From Phoronis australis (taxonomy: Eukaryota; Animalia; Phoronida): a stretch of 64,000 bases of DNA. This document shows, piece after piece, positions 25,641-37,596 of this stretch. The stretch spans positions 1,195,565 to 1,259,564 of the forward strand of contig NMRA01000016.1 of assembly GCA_002633005.1 (NCBI GenBank), read 5' to 3'. Both the position numbers and the translations under genes were made by a program. The notes below the pieces were generated by a model. It saw nothing but the letters and a program-made list of their open reading frames with translations, ran no database searches and was not told where the DNA came from. Each line of letters starts with the position of its first letter. The first letter of the stretch is position 1.

Positions 25641-25789
25641 CAAAAATTTGTAACGTGCGCTAAATTTTGCCTGTAGCCCTCCATAAGAAATACACAGGAA
25701 TGAACTATTATCAGTAAATTAGAAGTCATGCGAGATAACTGCACAATTTGCTAAAAGTCTGGCAGAAAGTGTATGTTAATTTTTGTTAC

Positions 25790-25955
25790 CAGGGGCGGAT
25801 ACAGGATTTTGAGTTGGGGGGTAGGGAGCATGGCAGAGTATTAGCCAGGATTTTGACCATCAGTCATTCGCACCCCGGACTTCCAAATGGAATCTGGGAG
25901 GGAGAATTTTAGGGGAGGGGGACTTGACACCCTTGGCCCCTCACTTCCGCCACTG
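25790..25955. mobile_element. MITE with 5-bp TSD (same family as 530-676)
   Basis: CAGGGGCGGA...TTCCGCCACTG, TSD GTTAC. Confidence 0.75.
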
Positions 25956-25988
25956 GTTACTGCTAAGTATCAGTGTAATTGGTGAAAA

Positions 25989-26082
25989 NNNNNNNNNNNN
26001 NNNNNNNNNNNNNNNNNNNNNNNNNNNNNNNNNNNNNNNNNNNNNNNNNNNNNNNNNNNNNNNNNNNNNNNNNNNNNNNNNN
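25989..26082. other. Assembly gap
   Basis: Run of N. Confidence 0.99.
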
Positions 26083-26329
26083 TGAATCACTCAGAAACTC
26101 GCAATACTCTCTTTGCCAAACCTTATCTTAAGACGATTTCCAAAGCAATCCCGTCCCGGATTTGGTCTTTTTGGCATTTGAAGACTATTTTAAATACGAC
26201 AAATTTGTTAAGAATCGATGGCACAAAATATAAAACGTGTAATAAGCATTACAAATAGGAGAAGGTTTCGCGCGCAAACGCTGTGGACCATAAACAAGTA
26301 GGTCTCTTGGTACGCTATTAGAAGTAAAA

Positions 26330-26392
26330 TCGTTGTGGTGTAGTGGTAATGCACGCGCCCACTAAGCGGCAGGTCGTGAGTTCGATTCTTTG
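26330..26392 (+). repeat. tRNA-like SINE head or tRNA pseudogene
   Basis: A box GTGGTGTAGTGG and B box GTTCGATTC; no complete acceptor stem seen. Confidence 0.45.
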
Positions 26393-27609
26393 ATACTTGC
26401 AGTTTTTCCTGTTTGACACGTTCTCCGTTTTTTTTTGCCTTTTTTCTTGAATAATACTTCAGGAATCAAGGAAAATGCTTGATTTTTAGAGGTAAAAACA
26501 GAAAAATTTCCTCCCCCCATTCGGTGCTATGCGCATCTACAATCGTGGTTCAGTTTTTGCAAATTCTTACAGCCGGAAAAAAATTTGGGCCCCCCCTTGT
26601 GATATCCTAGATCCGCCACTGTCACTATCGGTAAGAAACATTGTTTTGTCCATTTTCCCGTCCGGGATGATCTTATGAATAATTTCAGAGCGTGGGCGCA
26701 CCCAGCCTAAACAATGGGGGGCTCGAATTTTGTAGAATATGTACCTTTCACTAAGATTCACAGGGTACGTTCAGAGCTATTAATTGTGCATTCGCCCAAT
26801 TCTGGTTGTTCCTGACTTTTTAGTGGACTTTTGTCTCGTTTTCTACTCTGAGGAGCACCTTTTTGTACACTTCTTCCCCCTCCCCCCCTGCGTGCGTACA
26901 TGTAAAGTGTGAAAAAAACTTTTTTATACAAAATTCTACAATTTTGCCTGCAAGTAAATGATTATAAGGTTATTTTAAAAATTTGTTCAATTTTTGTTCC
27001 GCACAAGTTATAGCCGTGATCACAGCAGTGATTAGTTACTTGATTGAATGTTTTGAAATTGTTATCCTGTCTAGGGGTATGTAAAAAAAAGAACAAAATC
27101 ATTACACTGTATCAGATTTTGTTGCCTGGGTCCTGCAGCGAACAGTGGAAATATGTGTTGTTTATCGTCATATACAAGGGTTCAATAACTACGTTGTCCA
27201 TCTTATTTAATTGTTACGTAGGATTCCATACACAAATAGATATGTATTGTCAAAAATCTTAAGATTAATAATAAGCGCTTTGGCATGGCACATGAGGGTC
27301 ACTCATGGGTCGATGCGCCGACCGGCCATGGGTACATATTGTTTTGGTTCTGTACTTTGGTGTACCAGCAAGTGATCCTCGTCCTTGGGGACAGCTGTTG
27401 GTCATTACAGAGGCGTTCAGGAATCCTTGCAGCAGGTGAGTATACATAGAAGAAAAAACGTCATAGGATGTGAAAAGCGCGTCTTCCTCGAGAGAACTAT
27501 CGCTCACCTTTCCACAAGATTCTGAATGTTAACATTGCGATGCGATGGACTGATTGGCCGACTAGCGGAGACAAAATGTCAGCAACGAACTTGGCAACAT
27601 GGTGTGTAA

Positions 27610-27890
27610 CCAAGTCGCTGTTGCAGTGATTCATGAACGCCTCTGCAGTGACCACCAACTGTGGCCAAGGACGAGTTTATCTGCTACGGATGTGAGTGAT
27701 CTTCTGCAGATTTGTCAAGGCACTGTATTTTTCATTTGATCAACAAATATATGCGTCGTGGAATCCCCCGTATCCCCTATTGTCGTCAACTTGCACTTAT
27801 TCTAAAATGAAACCAAGAGTGTGGTTGAGATACGTTGATAACATTTTTGGGACCACTGAACAGTCTGCAAAGCAATTTTTCTCTCATTAC
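27610..27890 (+). mobile_element. Penelope-like RT fragment (5' part of an interrupted copy)
   Basis: IHERLCSDHQLWPRTSLSATDVSDLLQIC, FDQQIY, SPIVVNL, KPRVWLRYVDNIF. Confidence 0.75.
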
Positions 27891-27947
27891 TGAGAAGGAG
27901 GGTAGAGGCGGTGTGAACGCGTTCTTTGATTGATTACTGTCAGTTAA

Positions 27948-30900
27948 TAGTCAGGTTTGTTTTGTAATTTTGTTGATTTTTTTGGTGGAAAGTGGAAACC
28001 TCATGGAATAACAAATCAGAAAATAAGTGATGCCTTTTTGGCGGCCATCTTGGCGGCCACCTTGGACTTTCAAAAATCGCACCGGTAACATACATTTTGT
28101 TCAGTATTTCTGCTCTTGGGTCACTTAGAATGTTAGTTTTAATGGCTGCACCCACATTTTTGTAGGCAAGGAATCCGAAAATGCAACTTATTAAATGTGA
28201 AACATAATCAAGAACCCGTTTATTAGCAGCGACATTTTGTAAATGCCTTCATCATGTATTCCAACAAATATGTACACTATCTTACCAGACTTTAAAATGT
28301 TTGTGGTCTTACTACTTGCATATTTCGTTCGGATTTGTTTCCTTCAACACACTTAAATTCAACCATTACCTATACAACCTATTTACATTTGCAGAACATA
28401 AGAGTATCTTTATTGTAGTGTCAGTAGTCTTTCAAAACTTTGAAATCAGTCTACAGATCATCACTGTCGCCATCTCTGTCATCGTTGGCACCAGGAATGA
28501 CGGCATTATAAGAGTTTAACATTCTGACATTCTGGGCAACACTGACATAGATGTGTGCAAGGTAGGTCCTTTGATCGACGAGAGCATCGTTGGGAGGAAC
28601 AATATCTTTTGCATTGACATCTAACCATCTAAATGAAAGCACCTGGCGCCGGAGCCTCCTAAGTTGTGAGAGGTGTCAGTTGGTTGTCTTTGTCCTTGTA
28701 AAACCCATTCTCTGCAACGTGTCAAGGAACTTCTGTCGAGCAATGGCTATCGGTCCCCACACTCTGGCTTGAATAAACATCCTCAGCACACGCTGTTCAA
28801 AGCCCCAATGGGTGGTGGAAGTTTGTCGCTGTAAGCCGTATGTTTGCAGAAGAGGTACAATCTCAGCTCGGAGATACTATCTATGTCAATACCCTGTGGT
28901 GCTTATGCAGCACATGTAAAACGGGCTATTGTGAACAAGAAGCAGTACAAAGAGTATGCAATGCAATGACAACATCACTGTCAGCCTTCAACTATATATT
29001 CAACCATGTTGTTTTGCCTATCCTGGAGAACCGACCAGTGTTGTCTGCCCCTGTAAAAGCATGGAAAGCCGGTAGAGGGTTTGTCTGGGCAGCACCTAGT
29101 GCTGTCCATATTGGATTTATGTCCACAATCCCAGATGCCATTGAGACTGAAGTATTTCTGAGAAGCCGGTCATAGTAGGCAATGACGAGTACCAGAACAT
29201 CTGTTTCAGGTGAAAAAAGTACCAGGTGAGAATCAGGGAAGTTTTGATGGGATGCCCGCACTGCATGATGTATTACCAACGCATCTGCTTCTTCTTGATT
29301 GTTTTCGTCAAAGCGTAGAGGACGCCTGTTGCTTATTGCAAATCTTGACTAATTGACAGAGTCTGTAGACAGATATGAAGAATCTCATTGGCATTGCTGG
29401 AAATACCGTTCAGTACAGAATTGGCCTTCACCATCCTCTCGAGGTGTTCACAAGCTTGGTCTGCACCAAAGGACAGAAATGGGATTTTGGTTTTGCTGAC
29501 TGAGATGCCTGTTCCAATTTCAGTCCGCATGTCGTAGTGTTTGGTTCTTAGGTCCTGCATATCATCAATGTACATGTATGTAGGCCGGAGTCTTTTGTAC
29601 TTGATGCGAGCAAAAGCAAAGAAAACTTTGATCCTTTGCATCAACAGCCTGGAGATGCAGAGTCAAATCAGCATTTCGAGATATTGTCACAAATACCAGG
29701 ATTGTTTGGACTCGATGCAGATATTTCACAATGGACTTAAACATGGCATTGACTGATCATTTAGTTGTCCTGTTCTCTGAATGTTTCAAGTGTCTTGGCA
29801 ATTGTCAACAATTCCAGCAAACAGCGGGTAGTTTGCTTTGTGCTCTCGGCTTTTATGGTTTTGTTCTTCTCTGAACAGGCTGTTGATGCTGAATTTAGAG
29901 CCTCACAGCAAAAGGCCTTTAACTGTGGGTTTCCTTTAATGAATTCCTCTAGGACTATCTCAAACAGTGCTGTATATGATTACAAGTAAATATGGACTCG
30001 GAAAGTGCGCTTGTAGGGAGTGTACTTTAGAATCTGTCTAGTTGTTGCAGTGCCAAAGACGTTGGCTTCTACCCAGGTATCATCTATGCCGGAATGCCGT
30101 ATGAACTTCCCAAGAGCTATCTGAGCTGCCATTCTAGCATGCAATTCCCCAAGTCTTGGGTTCACTGCTTGATTTAGTTCAAGTCTGGTATCCAGGAGCT
30201 CCACAACTCTCTAGTGTAGACCCATGTCACATGAAATGGCAGTTTGATGAGTTTCGCCAGCAACCAACCTCTTCAATTGTCTCGTCTGCATAACAACTAT
30301 TAGCAGGATCGACCAATCATGGGCCACCAAACTCAGTGAGAGACCGGCTTGTAGAGATAAGTGAGTTGAGGCCTGTCCAGCATCTGATCTTCCTGTTCTC
30401 TTCATTCCTTAGCCTGGTTACTGCCACAGGCGCTTGGGTTTATCGCAAATGACGTCACAATATATATATATATATAAGAAAACATATGTTATAAACTCAA
30501 GCGCCTGTGGTTACTGCCAACGTTACTAGCCATACAAGGTGTGTCGGCTGATATGTAACAGAAATTCCCTCTTGGTTACAAATTCATGTGTTCTTTTGCT
30601 GGCTTGTGGTTTGGATTGTCGCTACGGACCCTACGTATGTGGTACGGTGTGACAGTGAGGTCCTTTGCTTCCCTGATGGTTAAAAGTGGATTCATTTTTC
30701 AATTCCTTGCCCCACAAATGGAGTGGAGCCATTAAAAATAACATTGTAGGAGACCCGATAAAATTGTATACATGTGAAATAATTTATTGTGTATAAAAAT
30801 GATTTATTTACATATGTCATTGTAATCTTAACATCATTTTTTTAATAATATATTTGTGTATAATAACTGTATATGGTTTTTTTGTATTTATTTAACCCAT

Positions 30901-31261
30901 ATACAATTCCTCTTGGCGCTTTCTGGGCATGTATATTTATTGTACTGAAGATTTCATAATAAACATTAAAAAAACAAGAGCAGAGATAATGAGCAAAATG
31001 TATTTTACGGGTGCCATTTTTGAAAATTCAAGATGGCCGCCAAAAATTAGAATGTTCAATTCTGCGCCCCAAGAAATGCTGGTGTATCCATAGAAAATAA
31101 CATTCTAAGTGACCCAAGTACTTAGACATTGAGTAAAATGGCCGCCAAAAATAGAATCAATTACTTTCTGATTTGTCATCCCATGAGTTTTCCAAAAATG
31201 TTTCCACTTCCCCCAGAAAATTCCAATGAATGTCAAAATTTTGACATAGTGAACCTGACTA
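27948..31261 (-). mobile_element. Academ (AcademX-type) DNA transposon, degenerate
   Basis: Long imperfect TIRs starting TAGTCAGGTT / ending AACCTGACTA, 3-bp TSD TAA. Transposase remnants RLGELH..M...LGKFIRHSGIDDTWVEA and DQACE; XPG-like QEEADA..HA, SPETDV, HAFTGADNTGRFSRIGK. Confidence 0.85.
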
Positions 31262-31289
31262 TAAGGAAGACCTAAGTCTTAAGACTAGT

Positions 31290-33400
31290 AGAGCAGATAA
31301 GTGAAAAGTCTAGTGGATGGTACAAAACCCAGACCTTGCCAACCACAACAGACTGTACCAGCTATGCCCTTATGCCGGAGGCTGCTCTCTGCCCTGTTAA
31401 CACCACTTGAGGATTCCATTTTCTACTTGCTGATGATACCTGAATCTCTGATAACCTAACAAATTTGTCTTTGGAATCTCAGATTGTGAGAACTTCTCTT
31501 GCTTTTGACTCCTTGAAGTCTTCAACCAGAGACCTTGGCGGAAGGGATACTGTCGTCCTAGTATATAATCCAACTGACGTGAAACTCATTGGTGCCCCCA
31601 ACCATTTCCTGATAAGCTGGTTTGCCTCATATTCCATGTAGTCGACTGTTTATCTTTTACAGGCTCTCCCTGAACGGGGGCACTGTGTCCATTGCATTTG
31701 TGAAGTGGCTTGGGCTGCTTTCGTACACCTTGCCCAGATATTCCACTAATTTCTCACCCAGGGTTGGTATCTCCTTGCCATTCATCCTGAAGGCTTGGCG
31801 CTGGCTCATTCCCCCTTTCATCAAAATCAGACTTCTTGACTTCTGCACCTTGAACTTCATCCTGCCTCAAACATTTAGCTCTTCTAGTTTCTTCAACACC
31901 CGTCCTGCTCCTACCACTGTTGATGTGGTTACTGTTAGGTCATCAACAAATGCACGGCACAAGGGAAGGAGTCAGCCTTGGAGACTTTGCTGGCTCGCCG
32001 AATAATGAAGTTCATCGCAAGAACAAATACACTGACTGAAACGGGGCACCCGGTCAAGATACTTTCTCCAAAGGCTTGAAATCTGTTGCAAAATCCATCG
32101 TAGAAAATTGCATCTGTGTACCGTTTAAATGGTCGTTGATGACCTTCTGAACTCATTCTAGAAAATGAAATGTCGCTTTCGCCTTTCTACTCAGTGAATC
32201 TTACATGGAACCATAAGCACTCTCTAAATCTAAGCACACAGCTGCCCTAGTCCTACATGATTGCCTTTGTATTACCGATAAGCTCTGTTAGAACAGGCAA
32301 CTCGGACTGTCCTGGTACTGTATATACTGCATGGTCAATTTATCCGTCCCCCGGGGCGTACTTGACATTTTTTGATGCAATCACTGCGAAGAACATTTTG
32401 TACTCCACATCAAGCAGGGAAATTGTCCTGTACATGTACATGTAGTCTTTTATAGCTTTGCATCTTTGCTCTTTAGAGTGTAACAACCCTTAGCCTCGCC
32501 CCAGTGATCAACAAGTGGCTTCAATCTTTAGACTCCTCTCAGTAGCTTCCATAATAGTATTAATAGCCCCGGGCACTTCTTGTATACGATGTAACTAGAC
32601 TCAGACGGAATCGGCTTTGGCCTCCATGACGACAATCTTTACCTTAACGAACTTATTATGTCCAACGTCACACTGAAGTTTAGGTGGAATTTCCTCAACC
32701 ATCCAACTGAACTCCTCTAGATTGTCAAGCCGGTTCGCGTCGCTATGAATCTCCACCAGATGATCTTCTAGTTGGACTTCACTGCATGATAACCGCCCAC
32801 TTATTTCTTGGTTCATCTTAAGTTCCGCCACTCGGAGAATCCTCAGGTTTGTAACTCATAGCAAAGAATGATTTGTTTTCCCATGGAGAACTCGGTATTG
32901 GGCTGCTAACACTTCCAGCCCGTCAGTCTTTCCCTGACGCCATTCGCCCCTATAAGTGTCACTCGTCTCCCCCGGGTTGTCCTCTGGCCTTTCCCAGACG
33001 TTACTGGACTTCTCCAATCGTTAAACTAACTTTAAACAGATGTAGTTTCTCTGTTCCCCCGTCAATCATCAACAAGATAACGTCTTTGCAACATGTTTAT
33101 CATGAACGCGCACCAAGGCTAGCCTCCACCCCCAAAGTTGACCAGGCTCCGGTTTAACAGGGAGTTTGCCACTGTTTGGTCTTCTGCAACCACAACCACG
33201 ATGATGCTGATTCCGTTTCGGCTACTACTGACTTCATCATAGGCTTCCTTGGATTAGTTGAAATTCTTAGCATCCTTGACATAATCCACCTTACCCTTCT
33301 GCCTCAACCAGTAAACAGAAGCATCTCTATCCACTTGAAAACTCATGGCTCAGATCGCTGCTCTTGAAAGCTTTCCTCTCCTGGGCTTTCCGTATCCATA
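31290..33400 (-). mobile_element. HERO/NeSL-like non-LTR retrotransposon relic
   Basis: LDLESAYGS, ILTGCPVSVSVFVLAMN, AFVDDLTVTT, RMKFKVQKSRSL..KG, VEYLGKVY; heavily degenerate, boundaries approximate. Confidence 0.7.
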
Positions 33401-33619
33401 TTTCCCAGTACAAAGTTAATCCCACAAATACTACCACCATATTTCTCTCCTTCCTGTTTGCCGCCTTACGTCTAGTGGGTTACACCTTGTCAACCATAAG
33501 AGACTGTACCAACTATGTCTTTATTCTGGACGCGGCTATCTGCTTTGTTAACCACCTGGGGATTCCACCTCTGCCTGCCCATACCTGGATCTCTTGATCA
33601 ATCTACATGTATCTCTGGA

Positions 33620-34990
33620 ATCTCACAATTTATAGTTCGGCTTTCAACATCCCATTTCGTACAAACTTGGTGTAATTCGTCTTTTGTATCACCGTGCAGA
33701 CCTGACTGTCTTTGACGACAATGACAGGACATTAGAAAAACACAGACTTCGTAACTCTTTGGAAATGTGCGGATACCCACGTTTGGTCTTTGGCAAGGCT
33801 ACCCGTAGAACACCAAGATTGGGAATTAACAACATTGACGTTCCTCNGTCTCACAATTTACAGTTCGGCTTTCAACATCCCATTTCGTACAAACTTGGTG
33901 TAATTCGTCTCTTGTATCACCGTGGAGACCTGACTGTCTCTGACGACAATGACAGGACATTGGAAAAACACAGACTTCGTAACTCTTTGGAAATGTGCGG
34001 ATACCCACGTTTGGTCTTTGGCAAGGATACCCGTAGAACACCGAGATTGGGAATTAACAACATTGACGTTCCTCAACCAGATCAACCATGGGCAAAGATA
34101 TATATTTCATATGTGGAATAGACTTTCTGAACAATTGCCATCGGTTTTCAGGAATTTGTTATTGCCACCTCTTTCAAACCTGTTGGCACTTCGAGACTAA
34201 AACTCGTGCACTCTAAGGACAAACAACCTAAGGAAAGGATAGCAAATGTGGTCTATGGAATACAGTGTGGAGAGTGCCCTGAAACTTGTGTAGGTGAAAC
34301 TAAGCAGTCTTTGAATGCACGGTTGTGCCAGCTTCGTCTCCTAACTACGGTGACACGTGACTCTGCTGTGTTTATTCATTGTTAGGGACCTGGTTACAGC
34401 TTTGACCTCGACAATGTACTAATCAGCGACAAGGGGAGCTATTGGTTTGAATGAGGAGTCAATGAGGGTATTCATGAAAGAATTGAAGTCCGAACAGGAG
34501 GCTGGAGATTCAGTCTGTCACACACCCGTGACAGGATTCAGGCTCAAGTTTCCAGCCGACTTTCCCAACTCCGATCTAATCCTCCAGAGGTTGCACAGTC
34601 TCGAAAACCCAGCAGAGCCTGTCGAATCGTTGCCTTTTCGCCATAACTCATATTTTTTATATTAAGATTCCCTAACACACCCAATATTAATTATGTTGAT
34701 TTTAAACCTTTACTTATTATTTCTCGTTTTGATTTATCACTTAAGTTATCATNAGTCTGTCACACACCCGTGACAGGATTCAGGCTCAAGTTTCCAGCCG
34801 ACTTTCCCAACTCCGACCTAATCCTCCAGAAGTTGCACAGTCTCGAAAACCCAGCAGAGCCTGTCGAATCGTCTGACGTTTAGGAATAACTCATATTTTT
34901 GTATTAAGTATCCCTAACACACCCAATATTAATTATGTTGATTTTAAACCTTTACTTTTTATTTCTCGTTTTGATTTGTCACTTAAGTTA
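33620..34990 (+). mobile_element. Penelope-like element (3' part, GIY-YIG), with assembly duplications
   Basis: HPISYKLGVIRLLYHR, EKHRLRNSLEMCGYP, VVYGIQCGECPETCVGETKQSLNARL. Confidence 0.85.
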
Positions 34991-36696
34991 TCATTTAATT
35001 TAGCTATTTCATTTGAAATATACTCCCGTTTTTACTGGACTTTTGTTGTCGAGTTTATTTGTGAAACCGTCGGACGTAAAACTGGTTAAGCAATGTTCTT
35101 GTTTCGTTCACGGTACAAAAGCAAGTGTCCAACACTGATCACAGTTTAAGGCATTTGAAGAAACTTAAATACCTGTAACAAAATAACGCTTTGTAAACCC
35201 TTAAACATTAAAGTGAGTTTCACAGTTTGCTAAATTGACATGCATGACTGACGTTTTTATTGCCCACACAAAATTTCCAGGCGTTATGGTGAACCCGTGG
35301 CGACTGTTGGCATGGGCACAGAGCCCGGACATTCGAGGAAACAAATTAGCAGCGAAACAGGTAGAAAAGAAACAAGTTATTGTCAATTACCTTTGGGGGT
35401 TTTGCCCAGGGTTTATTTCTGAGTCAGTCTGTATCGTCTAACACTGGTTAAAAATGTGCTTTCAATGAAAAGGTTCGAAAAAGTCCGAGGAAACCTTTAT
35501 GCACAGAAAACAACTTCGTTAAAATTTTCAAAATAAGAAGATATCTACTTGTACATAAGAAATTATCTTTTACTGAATCTCTATTTATCCAGGAACTCAT
35601 CAGTCTGACGAAAGGGAAAATGTTGTCGTCTGCCGCTTTTTCCGTTTTTGAAATTCAATAAATCAATTTATTTCTGTAATAAAGGCCATAATCCTACTGT
35701 ACAAAAGAACAATATGTAACTTAGGGCCTACTTGGGAGTGCAGCAAGCTATCACGGAGTCAAAAGCATAAATACATATTTATATAGGTTAAATAATTTAG
35801 CATTATCATTTGTTGACATCAAGCTATTGAACTTAAGAAAAGACACAACTTCGAAAATTCTTTTTCAAATTTGTATGCTTTGATTTTGCGTGACAAACAC
35901 GGCTACTTTGAAGGTTTTCATTGAAGCCATTTGTGGCCTAATTTGGAACTTTGCAGCAGCCATATTGCTCCTTTCCAAAAATGGACCGTTTAATAATTCA
36001 TTCAGTCTCTCCTAACCTGTTCATAACCTAAAATAAAAACTTGTCTCTCCCGTACTTTTTGCGTTCGAAGCTTTAGACGAATCGCTCTTGGTCCTACTTT
36101 TATGAGGTAATTTTCCGAATAAACGCCCCACTAAATGGACACTTGACACCAGGAGTTCTAACACCAAGTAAACGCCCATGGACGTTTCATCGGGTGGACT
36201 TATCTGTGGAAAATCCCGGTAAATGCCATTCTGTGAAAACTACACTGATCATTATTGCTTATTACAAAAAATTATATACATAAGTTATAACTGGCATGAG
36301 TTCTATATGATAGATGCCGTGGCTGTTTGTCTACATGGAGATTGTAGACGGGACTAGAAGACGAATCTGCCTTGCGTTCGTTTTTTGATTTTCGTTGTGA
36401 GAGCCAGTGACAAAGGAAAAAAGACACCCACGGAGGCTATGGCCCTCTGATCAGTACAAAAAATCGTTAACTCGGTCAACACTCATTGTAATTTTTCATT
36501 CATATTGCAATGTCCCCGCAGGCTGCTATGACTTTTAATCTCCACCGGTCGCCAGAAATTTCGTATTTGCATCCCCGGGTCGAAAAACAATTCACGAAAG
36601 ACAATTTTATAAATGAATCAATTCATGACATACATTAGGTCAACAAAGTACGACACCAGCAATGGTCTGGATTTCAAACATACCTAGTGACTGCCT

Positions 36697-36894
36697 CTGT
36701 GGTTTAGCAAGGGAGGGGGGGCGTCAGGTGTCCCCGGGCGCCTGCCGAAGGGGTTTGACAAACATGTTTCAAGGAGGGGTGCCAGTTCCACTGTGGATTG
36801 CACAGCTACCGACAAGGGGGAGGAGTGCGGGATGCCATTTGAGGTGTCGACGGGAAGGGGAGGGGGGAAAGGGCTGGTGCTCGCTACGCCACTG
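36697..36894. mobile_element. hAT-type MITE
   Basis: Imperfect TIR CTGTGGTTTAGC...GCTACGCCACTG with 8-bp TSD GACTGCCT/GACTGACT. Confidence 0.55.
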
Positions 36895-37596
36895 GACTGA
36901 CTGATATTTCAGGTGTTCAGCGTCAGGGTATATACACTTTCTGCTTGGGTGAAAACTGTCACCAAATTCTCGTCGGTGAACATTGCATATCATTTCACTC
37001 CGCGGCTGGTCCTACTCAGTCACAAATTTACCTACTCTGGTGAGTAGGGGCTCATCCTGTGGCACTGGCTTTCATTTACGAGGCACTTTAATTACAGCAT
37101 CTCAGATTTTCTGGAGTGTCTTTAGCATAACTGACTAAAGTCATTTATCACGCGTTTAGTATTCGGTTTCGGTACTGTCTAATTTTGCAACGATTTCGTG
37201 GTGGTCAAGGCGTGGTGCTTGTGGCGTTGAAGTCAATATATATTGGAAATGAGATTTCATTGGTAGACACTGTGATCAGGGCTGTGATATGTCACAGGAA
37301 AGTGCTTCTGATTCGCCACTTTTGCTGGTCTCGTGACATAAATAGTAACACAAATCCAATCACACGATTTCGATTTCTAAGTCTTCTTACCATTCGACAT
37401 TATTTTAAGGAAAATCATTTCACAAAAATAAATTTTGGATTTTGTGATAGTCAGACAAAAATTCTTTCACAATGTTGTGCTCAGCACTAGTGAAATGTTT
37501 GAATGGGGCAATGAGTGGTCAAAACTAGTGGGAATAAACTAGAACAAATCACACACAATGACCCACAAATCTAGCAAGTGATTGGGCGGTCCATCA

